From Prosthecobacter sp. (GTDB taxonomy: Bacteria; Verrucomicrobiota; Verrucomicrobiia; Verrucomicrobiales; Verrucomicrobiaceae), in contig JAURHS010000003.1 of assembly GCA_030833205.1 (NCBI GenBank), positions 2,707 through 66,706 of the forward strand: 64,000 nucleotides of DNA, read 5' to 3'. A program made the translations under genes and the position numbers. This document shows positions 51,163 through 63,722 of the stretch, piece after piece. Each line of letters opens with the position of its first letter. Within the stretch, counting starts at the first letter, position 1. The notes under the pieces were generated by a model that was not told where the DNA came from, did not search any database, and worked only from the letters and a program-made list of their open reading frames with translations.

Positions 51163-51546
51163 TTACTTGATCTCCACCTTGGCGCCAGCGGCTTCGAGCT
51201 TCTTCTTGATGTCTTCAGCTTCGGCCTTCTTGACACCTTCCTTGAGCTTGGCACCGCCTTTCTCGACGAGTGCTTTCGCTTCAGCAAGGCCAAGACCGGC
51301 AACCACATTGCGGACTTCCTTGATGACGGAGATTTTGTTGGCTCCACCGTCGACGAGGATGACGTCAAACTCGGTCTTTTCCTCAGCTGCAGCGGGAGCA
51401 GCGCCACCACCGGCGGCGACAGCCACGGCGGCAACAGGAGCAGCGGCGCTCACGCCCCACTTCTCTTCGAGGGATTTCACAAGTTCGGCGACTTCCAGGA
51501 CGGTCAGTGCGCTCAGTTCTTCAACGATTTTGTTCAGGTCTGCCAT
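51163..51546 (-). CDS. rplL: 50S ribosomal protein L7/L12
   Basis: [17 protein letters not shown] and GLGLAEAK. Confidence 0.98.
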   Translation of the reverse strand: MADLNKIVEELSALTVLEVAELVKSLEEKWGVSAAAPVAAVAVAAGGGAAPAAAEEKTEFDVILVDGGANKISVIKEVRNVVAGLGLAEAKALVEKGGAKLKEGVKKAEAEDIKKKLEAAGAKVEIK

Positions 51547-51561
51547 GGTGGGTATTGCGGT

Positions 51562-51617
51562 ATCGCCGTCTGCGGAAGCTTCCGCGGTTTTAAGATGAAA
51601 AGCCTTTCATCCGGCAA
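51562..51617 (-). promoter_or_regulatory. L10-leader-like structured RNA located between rplJ and rplL
   Basis: Minus strand TTGCCG-[GATGAAA/TTTCATC]-TTAAAACC-[GCGGA/TCCGC]-AGA-CGGCGA. Confidence 0.5.
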
Positions 51618-51705
51618 GGAACCATTGGGTGTTTTTATTCAGGCCCTTGCGGGCCATCCGTTCAAAGGGTTTGGGGTGAGGAGTTGGAGAGTTGCCAGAT
51701 GGCGA

Positions 51706-52218
51706 TTAGGCCTGTTCGCCTTTGGCCTTGAGGACTCGGGCCAGCGCCGTCGCCGGTTCGTTGAGCAGGCGGGCGAGTTGGGAGGCGGGGGCGTTGAGAA
51801 CGCCAAGCAACTGGGCGCGCAGAGTGTCCTTCGGGGGAAGGTCGGCGAGCACCTTGATGCCCGCAGCGTCCAAAAGCCTGCCGTCGAGGACGCCTGCCTT
51901 GAGGGTCGGCTTCTCGAACTCAGCGGCAAAGTTCTTCATCACCTTGGCTGCGGCGCAGACATCCTGACCGCCGCAAACCACGGCAGTCTGACCCACCAAG
52001 TGGGCGCCAATGTCGCCAGGGAAGCCAGCGCGTTCAGCGGCCTTCTTCACGAGGGTGTTTTTGAACACATGGATCTCAGCTCCAGTGCTGGCGAGACGCT
52101 TGCGCAACTCGGCGAATTTTTCGACCTTGAGGCCGGTGTACTCGACCACGAAAAGGTAGGGCGATGCATTGACCCGCTTGAGCAGATCTTCAATCAACAG
52201 GGTTTTTTCAGCTTTCAT
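51706..52218 (-). CDS. rplJ: 50S ribosomal protein L10
   Basis: EYTGL.V, LR..L, VFKNTL and LADLP. Operon position. Confidence 0.96.
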   Translation of the reverse strand: MKAEKTLLIEDLLKRVNASPYLFVVEYTGLKVEKFAELRKRLASTGAEIHVFKNTLVKKAAERAGFPGDIGAHLVGQTAVVCGGQDVCAAAKVMKNFAAEFEKPTLKAGVLDGRLLDAAGIKVLADLPPKDTLRAQLLGVLNAPASQLARLLNEPATALARVLKAKGEQA

Positions 52219-52236
52219 GACTGCAGATCCTAGGGG

Positions 52237-52935
52237 TTAGAGTTTGATGTACTTGGAGACATCGATGCGAAGCGCCGGAGACATGGTAGCTGCAAGCGTG
52301 ATGCTGTGCACATAGCGGCCGCGGGCCGAGGCTGGCTTCGCGCGAACGATGGCGTCAATCAGGGCGGTGCCGTTCTCAGCCAAGGCGCTGGTGTCGAATT
52401 GAACCTTGCCGATCGTGCTGGCGATGTTGCCGTTCTTGTCGAGCTTGAAGTCAACGCGACCTGCCTTGACGCTCTTGACGGCGGAGGCGGTGTCATCAGT
52501 GACCGTGCCGGTCCTGGGATTGGGCATCAAGCCGCGAGGGCCGAGCTGTTTACCAAGCTTACGAACTTCGTTCATCGCGGCAGGGGTGGCGATGGCGACA
52601 TCGAAGTCCATCACGCCATCCTTGATCTTGGCGATGAGGTCCTCGTAACCAACGAGGTCAGCGCCAGCGGCCTTTGCAGCCTCTGCGGCCGCACCAACAG
52701 CGAACACTGCAACGCGCACCGTGCGACCGGAACCGTGGGGCAGCGGGCAGGTGCCGCGAATCATCTGATCGCCCTTCTTGGGGTCTACACCCATGTGGAA
52801 AGACAAGGTGACAGTCTGGTTGAACTTGGTGCCCGGGAGCTTGCGCACCAAATCGGCGGCTTCCTCTAGGGTGAACACTTTGCCAGCCGGAATCATCTCG
52901 GCGGCTTTCTTGTAGCGTTTGCTTCTGGTTTGCAT
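52237..52935 (-). CDS. rplA: 50S ribosomal protein L1
   Basis: LPHGSG, LGPRGLMPNP and TMSP. Confidence 0.98.
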   Translation of the reverse strand: MQTRSKRYKKAAEMIPAGKVFTLEEAADLVRKLPGTKFNQTVTLSFHMGVDPKKGDQMIRGTCPLPHGSGRTVRVAVFAVGAAAEAAKAAGADLVGYEDLIAKIKDGVMDFDVAIATPAAMNEVRKLGKQLGPRGLMPNPRTGTVTDDTASAVKSVKAGRVDFKLDKNGNIASTIGKVQFDTSALAENGTALIDAIVRAKPASARGRYVHSITLAATMSPALRIDVSKYIKL

Positions 52936-52985
52936 GGGAGTGTTGCAGTGCGTTCGAGGGCGTGAGCGCTCTCCTGCGGGTTTGG

Positions 52986-53411
52986 TTAGTCGGTGATTTC
53001 AATGCCCATCTGGCGGGCGGTTCCTGCCATGATGCGCGAGGCGCGCTCAAGGTCCGTGGTGTTGAGGTCAGCAAGCTTGAGCTTGGTGGCTTCCAGGAGC
53101 TGGGCTTTGGTGATTTTGGCGACCTTCTTCTTGTTGGGCTCGCCGCTGCCAGAGGCCAAGTTGGCAACCTTCTTGAGCAGGTTGGAGGCAGGAGGCTGCT
53201 TGGTGATGAAGGTGAAGCTCTTGTCCTTATAAACGGTGATCACCGTAGGAAGAACATCGCCGCCCAACTTCTGGGTGGCGGCATTGAACTCCTTGCAGAA
53301 GGCCATGATGTTGACGCCAGCCTGGCCCAAGGCAGGGCCGATGGGCGGCGCGGGGTTGGCGGCACCAGCCTTGATCTGGAGCTTGATTTGCTTGATGATT
53401 TCTTTGGCCAT
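52986..53411 (-). CDS. rplK: 50S ribosomal protein L11
   Basis: [19 protein letters not shown] and AGTARQMG. Confidence 0.98.
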   Translation of the reverse strand: MAKEIIKQIKLQIKAGAANPAPPIGPALGQAGVNIMAFCKEFNAATQKLGGDVLPTVITVYKDKSFTFITKQPPASNLLKKVANLASGSGEPNKKKVAKITKAQLLEATKLKLADLNTTDLERASRIMAGTARQMGIEITD

Positions 53412-53456
53412 GGGAGGGGGTCTGTTCTGGGTTGTGGGAAGGGGTGCGTCTGGCGA

Positions 53457-54038
53457 TTAGTTGGATTCCTCTGCCTTCTCGACCTGCCAGTACTCGAGAT
53501 CCACCGGGGTGGAGCGGCCGAAAATGTTGACCGAAACCCGCAGCACGCCGCGCTCCGGATCAATTTCTTCGATGTAGCCCTGCTGAGACTCGAAGGGCCC
53601 ATCGGTGACTCGCACGGAGTCCCCAACATTGAAGGAAATTTTTGGCACCACGCCTTCCTCCTTATCGCGCACCTGAGCCAGAAGTCCTTCGACCTCACGC
53701 GGGCGCATCGGGATGGGGTGGTCCTTGGTGCCTGCGAAGTTCAGCACGCCGTCGGTCTCTTTGACGAAGTACCAGGTCTTCTCAATGAGGCGGTTGTTGT
53801 CGTCAAGCAGGTGACAGTTGGCGATCACATAACCAGGGAAGAACTTGCGGTTCGTCTCTGTTTTCTTGCCGCGTTTGACTTCAGAAACGCGCTCTGTGGG
53901 CACCAGAATATTGAAGATGTATTCGCCCATCTCCTCGGTCTGGATGCGGCGCACCATGCTGTCCCTGACCTTGTTCTCAAGGCCGGCGCGCACATGAATG
54001 ACAAACCACTGATCGCGGGCTGCAGGAATGGCTCCCAT
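53457..54038 (-). CDS. nusG: Transcription termination/antitermination factor NusG
   Basis: FFPGYV, KOW VRVTDGPF and IFGRSTPV. Confidence 0.96.
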   Translation of the reverse strand: MGAIPAARDQWFVIHVRAGLENKVRDSMVRRIQTEEMGEYIFNILVPTERVSEVKRGKKTETNRKFFPGYVIANCHLLDDNNRLIEKTWYFVKETDGVLNFAGTKDHPIPMRPREVEGLLAQVRDKEEGVVPKISFNVGDSVRVTDGPFESQQGYIEEIDPERGVLRVSVNIFGRSTPVDLEYWQVEKAEESN

Positions 54039-54073
54039 AGGGTGGAGGAGAGAGGGGGTTGAGGGGAAGAGAC

Positions 54074-54298
54074 TCAGATGCCCACCAACCAATGGGTGAG
54101 AACATCAAAGGCCTTGTTGAAGGAGAAATCGAAAAAGGAAACAAAACCTCCAAGCAGGATCATGGCAACAAACACCACCAGTGTGGAGTCATTGAGTTCC
54201 TTGTACTTGGCGAAGCCCTTCTCCTTGGGATCCCAGGGCCACGAGGCTTTTCTGAGTTCAATGAAGACTTCGTTCCAGTAGGCTTTGAAGCGGCTCAT
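54074..54298 (-). CDS. secE: Preprotein translocase subunit SecE
   Basis: ELRKASWP plus a single TM helix, between tRNA-Trp and nusG. Confidence 0.9.
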   Translation of the reverse strand: MSRFKAYWNEVFIELRKASWPWDPKEKGFAKYKELNDSTLVVFVAMILLGGFVSFFDFSFNKAFDVLTHWLVGI

Positions 54299-54356
54299 GA
54301 GAGTGTGACGGATGAGGGGGCGGCGGAGGCGTTCTTCTGATTGCAGGGAGTCGGGG

Positions 54357-54432
54357 TGGCAGGCCAGGAGGGACTCGAACCCCCAACCGACGGTTTTGGA
54401 GACCGCTACTCTACCAATTGAGCTACTGACCT
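54357..54432 (-). tRNA. tRNA-Trp(CCA)
   Basis: AGGTCAGTAGCTCAATTGGTAGAG...GCGGTCTCCAAAACCG...GGTTCGAGTCC...CCA. Confidence 0.97.
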
Positions 54433-54561
54433 GAATGACCCTGAAACGGAAGATTGCTCGAGCAAAGTTGAGTGGTTGTCAGGCTGATGATGGAACCGTT
54501 GCGGGTTCGCGGGCGCTCCCCCGCAACGGCTCATCAGCGACAAACAATCAGACTGGGCTCA

Positions 54562-55746
54562 TCAGTCGAGGATGGTGGCCACACGGCCAGCACCCACAGT
54601 CTTGCCACCCTCGCGAATCGCGAAGCGGATGGTCTTCTCCATGGCAATGGGGGTGATCAACTCGACGGTGATCGAGACATTGTCACCAGGCATCACCATT
54701 TCAACGCCCTCAGGGAGCGTGACGCTGCCAGTCACATCCGTGGTGCGGAAGTAGAACTGGGGGCGGTAGTTGTTGAAGAACGGCGTGTGACGGCCACCCT
54801 CATCCTTGGAGAGAACATACACCTCAGCGGTGAATTTCTTGTGAGGGGCGACAGAGCCGACCTTGGCAATGACCTGACCGCGCTCAACATCCGTCTTTTT
54901 GACGCCGCGAAGCAGCAGACCAACGTTGTCGCCAGCACGACCTTCGTCGAGCAGCTTGCGGAACATTTCGATGTCGGTGACGGTCGTCTTGACCGTCGGG
55001 CGGATGCCGACGATTTCCACTTCCTGCATCTTCTTGACGATGCCACGCTCGACACGGCCAGTGCAGACGGTGCCGCGACCTTCAATGGCGAACACATCTT
55101 CGATCGGCATCAGGAAGTCCTGATCAATCGGACGCTCAGGCAGCGGGATGTAGCTGTCCACGGCTTCCATGAGCTTGTGGATGTTGGCGCGCTGGGTGGC
55201 GTCGCCTTCCAGAGCCTTGAGGGCGGAACCCTTGACGATCGGAATGTCGTCACCGGGGAAATCATACTTGGAGAGCAGGTCGCGAACTTCCATCTCAACG
55301 AGGTCGAGCAGTTCGGGATCGTCCACCATGTCCACCTTGTTGAGGAAAACCACGATGGCAGGCACACCCACCTGACGGGCAAGCAGGATGTGCTCACGGG
55401 TCTGGGGCATTGGGCCGTCAGCAGCCGAGCAAACGAGGATGGCTCCGTCCATCTGGGCGGCGCCGGTGATCATGTTCTTGACATAGTCGGCGTGACCAGG
55501 GCAATCCACATGGGCATAGTGGCGATTGTCGGTCTGGTACTCGACATGGGCAGTATTGATGGTGATACCGCGCGCCTTCTCTTCAGGAGCGGCGTCGATC
55601 TCATCGTACTTCTTGGCCTCGGCGAAGCCCTTCTCAGCGAGGGTCGTCGTGATGGCGGCGGTGAGGGTGGTCTTGCCGTGGTCAACGTGGCCAATGGTGC
55701 CGATGTTGACGTGCGGCTTATTGCGTTGGAATGCTTCTTTAGCCAT
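54562..55746 (-). CDS. tuf: Elongation factor Tu
   Basis: [16 protein letters not shown] and NKVD. Confidence 0.99.
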   Translation of the reverse strand: MAKEAFQRNKPHVNIGTIGHVDHGKTTLTAAITTTLAEKGFAEAKKYDEIDAAPEEKARGITINTAHVEYQTDNRHYAHVDCPGHADYVKNMITGAAQMDGAILVCSAADGPMPQTREHILLARQVGVPAIVVFLNKVDMVDDPELLDLVEMEVRDLLSKYDFPGDDIPIVKGSALKALEGDATQRANIHKLMEAVDSYIPLPERPIDQDFLMPIEDVFAIEGRGTVCTGRVERGIVKKMQEVEIVGIRPTVKTTVTDIEMFRKLLDEGRAGDNVGLLLRGVKKTDVERGQVIAKVGSVAPHKKFTAEVYVLSKDEGGRHTPFFNNYRPQFYFRTTDVTGSVTLPEGVEMVMPGDNVSITVELITPIAMEKTIRFAIREGGKTVGAGRVATILD

Positions 55747-55823
55747 GATGGATTGAGGGGGTTGAGCGCTTGGTCTGATTCGTTTGTCGTGAAACGGAAA
55801 CTTCCCAGAGAGACCGCTGAAAC

Positions 55824-55898
55824 TGGAGCTGATGAAGGGACTTGAACCCTCGACCTCGTCCTTACCAAGGACGTGCTCTACCACTGAGCTACATCAGC
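55824..55898 (-). tRNA. tRNA-Thr(GGT)
   Basis: GCTGATGTAGCTCAGTGGTAGAGC...CTTGGTAAG...GGTTCAAGTCC...CCA. Confidence 0.97.
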
Positions 55899-56023
55899 AA
55901 CTGAACAACGGAAACCCCTCGAAAGGAAATCTCCTCCTCTTTCGACAACAAAACCGAGGCACATGCCCCCAGCGCTTAAGCTTGAGGATACACCCCGGTC
56001 CCTTTGCCGAAAAAGTGGAGGCG

Positions 56024-56051
56024 AAGCTAAGGAAGAACCCCCTCTTGTCAA
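56024..56051 (-). promoter_or_regulatory. Putative sigma70 promoter of the tRNA-Thr-tuf operon
   Basis: TTGACA-N16-TAGCTT with upstream A-rich AAAGAGAAAT. Confidence 0.6.
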
Positions 56052-56211
56052 CGGCTATTTCTCTTTGCTTGAAGATTCCTGTGTGCTTTGAAAGCCACGG
56101 TTCTGTGCCGATCAACGAATGGGGAAAGGCCCCTGATTCAGCGTCCGCAAATCCCAAGAAAAACAGAGTAGGTTAACCTGGATTTGGTATTTATTCTGTA
56201 TTTTGGCAATT

Positions 56212-58765
<2,554 letters not shown>

Positions 58766-58773
<8 letters not shown>

Positions 58774-59884
58774 GGGGGCTGGTGCCTTGCGGGGGCGATG
58801 ATGGAGGATTAGGCAGGGTGGCGGGGCCCTGCAAATTCTTTAACATGCTGCGGGTGATTTCCGCGCGGCGAATGTCGCGCTCCAGGGGCGAAAGTTCGCT
58901 GCCGGCTCTCCACTGCAGGTGGGCGGGCTGGATTTCCAACAGGAGATTGTCGAGGACCGAGCGATCGCACTGGGGCACCAGATCAAGATCCGCGCCAAGA
59001 CGGAGCATGGAGAGCAGAGTCAGCGCCTCCTTGGATTGCAGGACATGGGCAAAGCGCAAAATGGCGTAGGCGCGTCCAACCTGGTCCTGCAGCATGGTGG
59101 CATTTTCCTCCATGAGCTTGTGACGGGCGTTGATCTCAGAGCTCACCAATCGCTCAATGACCTTCTCGATGGAGGAGATGATGTCGCTTTCCGATTCTCC
59201 CAGTGTGTGTTGGTTGGAGATTTGAAACAGGTTTCCCAAGGCCTCAGTGCCCTCACCGTAAAGTCCTCGCACGGCCAGGCCAATCTTGCCCACGGCCTTG
59301 ATCACCAGATTGATTTGCTCGCTCAAGACCAGGGCCGGGAGATGCAGCATCACCGAGGCTCGCAGGCCGGTGCCCACATTCGTAGGGCAGGCCGTCAGGT
59401 AGCCCAACTGAGCGTCGAAGGCGTAGGGCAGACGCGCTTCCAACTCGCTGTCCGCCGTGTCCACCACCTTCCAGGCGCTGCGCAGGTCCAAGCCGGCGCG
59501 AATGCCTTGGATGCGAAAGTGATCCTCCTCGTTGATCATGATGGCGAGGTTTTGACGCGCATCGACCACCACGGCGCAGCCTGCAGCGCGGGCGGCATGT
59601 TCGCGACTGATGAGGTGGCGCTCGACGAGAACCTGCTTGCGGATCTTGCTCAGGGTGGCGTAGTCCTCGCTGAAGCGGTCGCCCTGCATCGCACCAAGCG
59701 ACTCCACCACCGGCCTGGCCAGCCGCATGAGTTCAAGGCGCTGGGCCTCCTGGCTGTAGCCTGGGAAGGGAAATCCGCGCAGGTTTCGCGCCAGACGGAT
59801 GCGCGAAGTCATCACCACCTCGGAGTGCGGGCCGCTGCCCTGCATCCAGTCAGAGGGATGATCAATGAGGGATTGGAATTCCAT
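58766..59884 (-). CDS. mcsB: Protein arginine kinase
   Basis: SRIRLARN, INEEDH, GYLTACPTNVGTG, RGLYGEG and QISNQ.TLG. Confidence 0.94.
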
Positions 59885-59896
59885 GCGAAAAAGCAG

Positions 59897-60457
59897 TTAC
59901 GGGGTTTCGGCTGCGCTGAAGCCGTCGATGAGTTTTTTCAGCCTTGCCGCCTCCTCAAAGCGTTCCTCGCGGACCGCTTCCTCCAGCTCGCGACGCAGTT
60001 GTTCGAGCGTTGGAGCCGCCTCAGCCTTGGGGGCAGCGGCCTTGGGCACCGCAGTGCGGCGCGCCTTGCGCACAGGTGGCGCCGCCACCGGCACCGGGGG
60101 CTGACTCTGTGCCCAGACCTGAGGGCGTTTGCCTTCGTGCTGCAAACCCTTGTGCATGGCACGCAGAAGCTCGTCGAGCCCCTCGCGGAAGGTGCTGTAG
60201 CACTCTGGGCACCCCATGCGCCCAATCTTTTTGAGCTGGGAGGCAGTAAAGCCGCAAGCGGGACAGACCAACTCCGCCAATGCCGCACTGGGCGCCGCTG
60301 CACTGCCCAGGAAGGCTTCGGCCAAACCAAAACCTGCCTCGTCAGTGACGCCCTTTTGCTTGGAGCAGGCATCGCAGAGATTGGCGGTCGTCATCTGCCC
60401 ATGAATGATCTGGGTGAGAAAGACGGAGGCGTTGTTTTTGCAGAAATCGCACTTCAT
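59897..60457 (-). CDS. mcsA: McsA (CxxC/UVR) activator of McsB
   Basis: Four CxxC motifs, GRMGC..CY, H.GK.P and C-terminal UVR (EERFEEAARLK). Confidence 0.9.
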   Translation of the reverse strand: MKCDFCKNNASVFLTQIIHGQMTTANLCDACSKQKGVTDEAGFGLAEAFLGSAAAPSAALAELVCPACGFTASQLKKIGRMGCPECYSTFREGLDELLRAMHKGLQHEGKRPQVWAQSQPPVPVAAPPVRKARRTAVPKAAAPKAEAAPTLEQLRRELEEAVREERFEEAARLKKLIDGFSAAETP

Positions 60458-60625
60458 GGCGGCAGGGGCGGGTAGGGCTGCCGCACACCGGCTCCCTTGA
60501 ATTCTACGCACCGCAGCGCGCTCTGGGCGCGATTGGCAGGCAGAACCGCAAGACAGCGACGACGGGACAACCCTGCTGCAGCATTGCAATGGGCTGGCGC
60601 GCATTGCAAGATGCCAAATGCCGCA

Positions 60626-61609
60626 TCAGCAGGACGGGGGCGCCAAAACGCCAAAGGTCCGCACAAAACGCTCCACAATGGCCTCCAAGGCCATGGGCTG
60701 CGGCATACCCAAGGCCATGGCCCGGGCCCCATCGACCTGCTGCGGCCAGCGCGCCACAATGGCGGCGATGCGGGCATCAGGCTGCAAGTCCCAGCGCCCC
60801 AGCCGGATGCCAAGTCGTGCTCCCACGGCCTTCACGGCCTGCATCGCCTCACGAGGAGTGACGCGATGCGCCGGCAAAACCAGCGCCCGGTCCACCCCCA
60901 GGGCCTCGGCGGGCAGTTGGGCACAGGCCAGCAGACTTTGCACCACCGTCAGATCGTCAGTCATGGGATGGGGCTGATCCACGCTGATGGGCAGACGGCA
61001 GTCCTCGCCATTGAGCGGCTCTCTGAACATTCCACTGGCCCAGCTTGAAGCGGCGGCATTTGGCCGTCCGGGCCGGATCACCACGGTGGGCAGGCGCACA
61101 CTGCGGCCGTCGAAGTGCCCCTTGCGGCTATGGTCATTGACTAGCATCTCTCCCATGGCCTTGGTCATGCCGTAGGTGGTCTGTGGCAGATGCTTGGTGA
61201 AATCGTCCATCGGCAGGCTCATGTCCAAGCCACCGTAGCAGGCAATGCTGCTGGCAAACACCAGGACCGTGTCCGGGCCGCTGGCACGGGCGGCGGCAAA
61301 GACCTCGCGACCGCCATCCAAATTGACCCGCAAGGCCGCATCGAAATCCTCCTCGCATTCGCCACTGACCATCGAGGCGAGATGGAAGATCACATCCACC
61401 GGACCCTGCGCCGCCTCGCGCACCCAACCGGGCCGCGCCACATCACCGCAGACCCGGCGCAAGCCGCTGCCTGCAAGCTCGCGGCCGAAGGCGCGGTCGA
61501 GCAAAATCAACTCGCTCAGGGCCCTGCCCCGAAACTGCCCGAGGCGCAGGAGCTCCTGCGCCAATTGATGCCCAAGAAAGCCGCCGCCGCCGGTGATGAG
61601 TACACGCAT
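60626..61609 (-). CDS. NAD-dependent epimerase/dehydrogenase, D-erythronate dehydrogenase (DenD)-like
   Basis: ITGGGGFLG, HLAS.VSGE.E.DFD, YGMTK and RLPTVVIRPG.PN.AAS. Confidence 0.8.
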   Translation of the reverse strand: MRVLITGGGGFLGHQLAQELLRLGQFRGRALSELILLDRAFGRELAGSGLRRVCGDVARPGWVREAAQGPVDVIFHLASMVSGECEEDFDAALRVNLDGGREVFAAARASGPDTVLVFASSIACYGGLDMSLPMDDFTKHLPQTTYGMTKAMGEMLVNDHSRKGHFDGRSVRLPTVVIRPGRPNAAASSWASGMFREPLNGEDCRLPISVDQPHPMTDDLTVVQSLLACAQLPAEALGVDRALVLPAHRVTPREAMQAVKAVGARLGIRLGRWDLQPDARIAAIVARWPQQVDGARAMALGMPQPMALEAIVERFVRTFGVLAPPSC

Positions 61610-61669
61610 GGTTGGATCGAATGAAAAAGAGGGTTGCCATGGGCGCCCGAGCGCCGCCAAGTTCAGAGC

Positions 61670-62548
61670 ATGAGCAATGCGCTGAGGGGACACAAGTTGG
61701 GATTTGTAGGACTGGGCAACATGGGCCGCGCCAATGCCCGTCACCTGCACGAGGCCGGCGCCCAGATGCTGGTCTGGAACCGCAGTGCCGCCGCCCTTCA
61801 TGGCGCAGCCCAGATGGGCATGGCCTGCGCGGCCAACCTTCCCTCTCTGGCCCGGCAGATTGGCTCTGGGGTGATCTTCATCAACCTCACCACCACTGCC
61901 GTAGTCGAGGAGGTGGTTTTTGGGCCAGGCGGCCTGCACGAAGGCCTGCACCCCGATGCCTTGATTGTGGACATGGGCACCACTGCCGTGGAAGCCACGC
62001 GCCGCTTCGCTGCCAAGCAACCCTGGCTGGATGCACCCGTTTCTGGTGGACAGGTGGGGGCTGAGGCCGCCAGCCTCACCATCATGGCCGGAGGCAGCCA
62101 TGAGAACTTCCAGCGTGCCTTGCCGCTGCTGCAAGTGCTGGGCAGCCGCGTCACCCACATGGGACCAAGCGGCAGTGGGCAAGTCACCAAACTGGCCAAC
62201 CAGCTCATCGTGGCCCAAACCATTGACGCAGTGGCTCAAGCCCTGAACCTGGCCCAACGCAGCGGCGTTGACCCTGCCCTCGTGCGCGAGGCCCTGCTGG
62301 GCGGCTTTGCCGAGAGCCGCATTTTGCAGCTCCACGGCCAGCGCATGGTCGAAGGCCGCTTCGCCCCTGGAGGCCGCAGTGTCCTGCAACTCAAGGATGT
62401 GCGCCTGATGTGTGAATTGGCACAGGATGTGGGGCTGCAATCCCCCACACTGGCCAACTCCCTGGCCCAGTGGGAGAAAATGGTGCACGAGAAAGGGCTG
62501 GGCGAATTGGACCACAGCGCGCTGATTCGCCTCTACCAGGACAACTGA
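61670..62548 (+). CDS. beta-hydroxyacid dehydrogenase (3-hydroxyisobutyrate/tartronate semialdehyde reductase family)
   Basis: GFVGLGNMG, DAPVSGG, GSGQ.TKL.NQ, GGFA.SRIL and QLKD. Confidence 0.88.
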   Translation: MSNALRGHKLGFVGLGNMGRANARHLHEAGAQMLVWNRSAAALHGAAQMGMACAANLPSLARQIGSGVIFINLTTTAVVEEVVFGPGGLHEGLHPDALIVDMGTTAVEATRRFAAKQPWLDAPVSGGQVGAEAASLTIMAGGSHENFQRALPLLQVLGSRVTHMGPSGSGQVTKLANQLIVAQTIDAVAQALNLAQRSGVDPALVREALLGGFAESRILQLHGQRMVEGRFAPGGRSVLQLKDVRLMCELAQDVGLQSPTLANSLAQWEKMVHEKGLGELDHSALIRLYQDN

Positions 62549-62556
62549 TCCGGCAC

Positions 62557-62590
62557 GCAAAACGGCGGCCCCCGCAAGGAGAACCGCCGT
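62557..62590 (-). terminator. Terminator between convergent genes, oriented for lsrF
   Basis: Minus strand ACGGCGG...CCGCCGT followed by TTT. Confidence 0.65.
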
Positions 62591-62634
62591 CTGCAAAGCA
62601 ACCATTCAACGGAGCCAAGGCCCCGCCTCCACAC

Positions 62635-63612
62635 TCAGCGCTTGGCCGCGCGACGCTTGGCCTTGGCCTTGAGGTCCTGGAACATCTCAAAGCCCTTCTT
62701 GGGAGTCAGACCCTCGTGGACCACGCCACGCACCGCCTGCATCATGGCGATGGGGTCCTCGCTCTGGAAGATGTTGCGACCCATGTCCACGCCGCTGGCG
62801 CCCTGCTGGATGGCATTGTAGCTCATCTTCAGCGCATCGAGCTCAGGCAGCTTCTTGCCGCCGGCAATCACGATGGGCACTGGGCAGCAGGAAGTGATGC
62901 TCTCAAAGTCCTTGTCGGTGTAGTAGCACTTCACCACATTGGCACCCAGCTCCGCCATGATGCGGGTGGCCAGGCGGAAGTACTGCGCCGTGCGCGCCAT
63001 GGCGCGACCCACGGCCACCACGCCCATCACGCCAATGCCGTAGCGGGAAGCGCCATCAACAAGGTCCGTGAGGTTCTTCAGCGACTGGCGCTCGTAGGCG
63101 CTGCCGATGAAAACCTGCACCGCCAACAACGAGGCATTGAGGCGAATGGCCTCCTCGATGTTCAGCGCCGTGGACTCATTGGAGAGCGGCTCAAAACCGG
63201 GGCGACCCAGCTTGATCTTCTTGCCTTCGTACTCGCCTTCCCACTCCTCAAAGGGGCTGACCATGGAGGTGCCACCGCTGGCGCGCAGGGCAATCGCCTT
63301 GCTGGTGGAGGCCGGCACGATGCTGCGCTGAATGCCGCGGGTCAGCATCAGACAGTCGGCGTAGGGCTCCAACGGCAGAATGGTTTGATCAACGCGCTCA
63401 AGACCAGTGGTCGGACCCTGGAAATAGCCGTGGTCAAAGGCCAGCATCACCGTGCGGCCGTCCTTGGGATTGAACACGCGGCTGAGGCGGTTCTTCAAGC
63501 CCCAGTCGTACTGGTGACTGCCCTTGAGAAAAAAGCCCGGGGTCTGCTGTGGGGTGTCCAAAAAGTATTCCTTGTCCTTCTTGTCTGCGCTGCTGGTGGA
63601 GATGTCGGCCAT
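62635..63612 (-). CDS. lsrF: LsrF-like thiolase / class I aldolase family protein
   Basis: [48 protein letters not shown] and [11 protein letters not shown]. Confidence 0.9.
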   Translation of the reverse strand: MADISTSSADKKDKEYFLDTPQQTPGFFLKGSHQYDWGLKNRLSRVFNPKDGRTVMLAFDHGYFQGPTTGLERVDQTILPLEPYADCLMLTRGIQRSIVPASTSKAIALRASGGTSMVSPFEEWEGEYEGKKIKLGRPGFEPLSNESTALNIEEAIRLNASLLAVQVFIGSAYERQSLKNLTDLVDGASRYGIGVMGVVAVGRAMARTAQYFRLATRIMAELGANVVKCYYTDKDFESITSCCPVPIVIAGGKKLPELDALKMSYNAIQQGASGVDMGRNIFQSEDPIAMMQAVRGVVHEGLTPKKGFEMFQDLKAKAKRRAAKR

Positions 63613-63722
63613 GATCGGGTTGGGTTGGAGGGATTAAAATGCGAGGCCTTGGATCATGCCTCATTGTCGCCTTGCCTTCCATGCCATCATTCGCCAGAGT
63701 TGTGTCGGATTTCGCAAGTGCC

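Noticed and set aside
50871-51434. 187-aa ORF overlapping rplL and the rplL-rpoB spacer
   Set aside because: It is an alternative frame of rplL running into structured non-coding sequence, Ser/Pro/Arg-rich with no domain signal.
63700-63717. Second Rex/CRP-like box TTGTGTC-GGAT-TTCGCAA between lsrF and araC
   Set aside because: It has three mismatches and could equally be a -35 element or an AraC site, so it is too weak to call.
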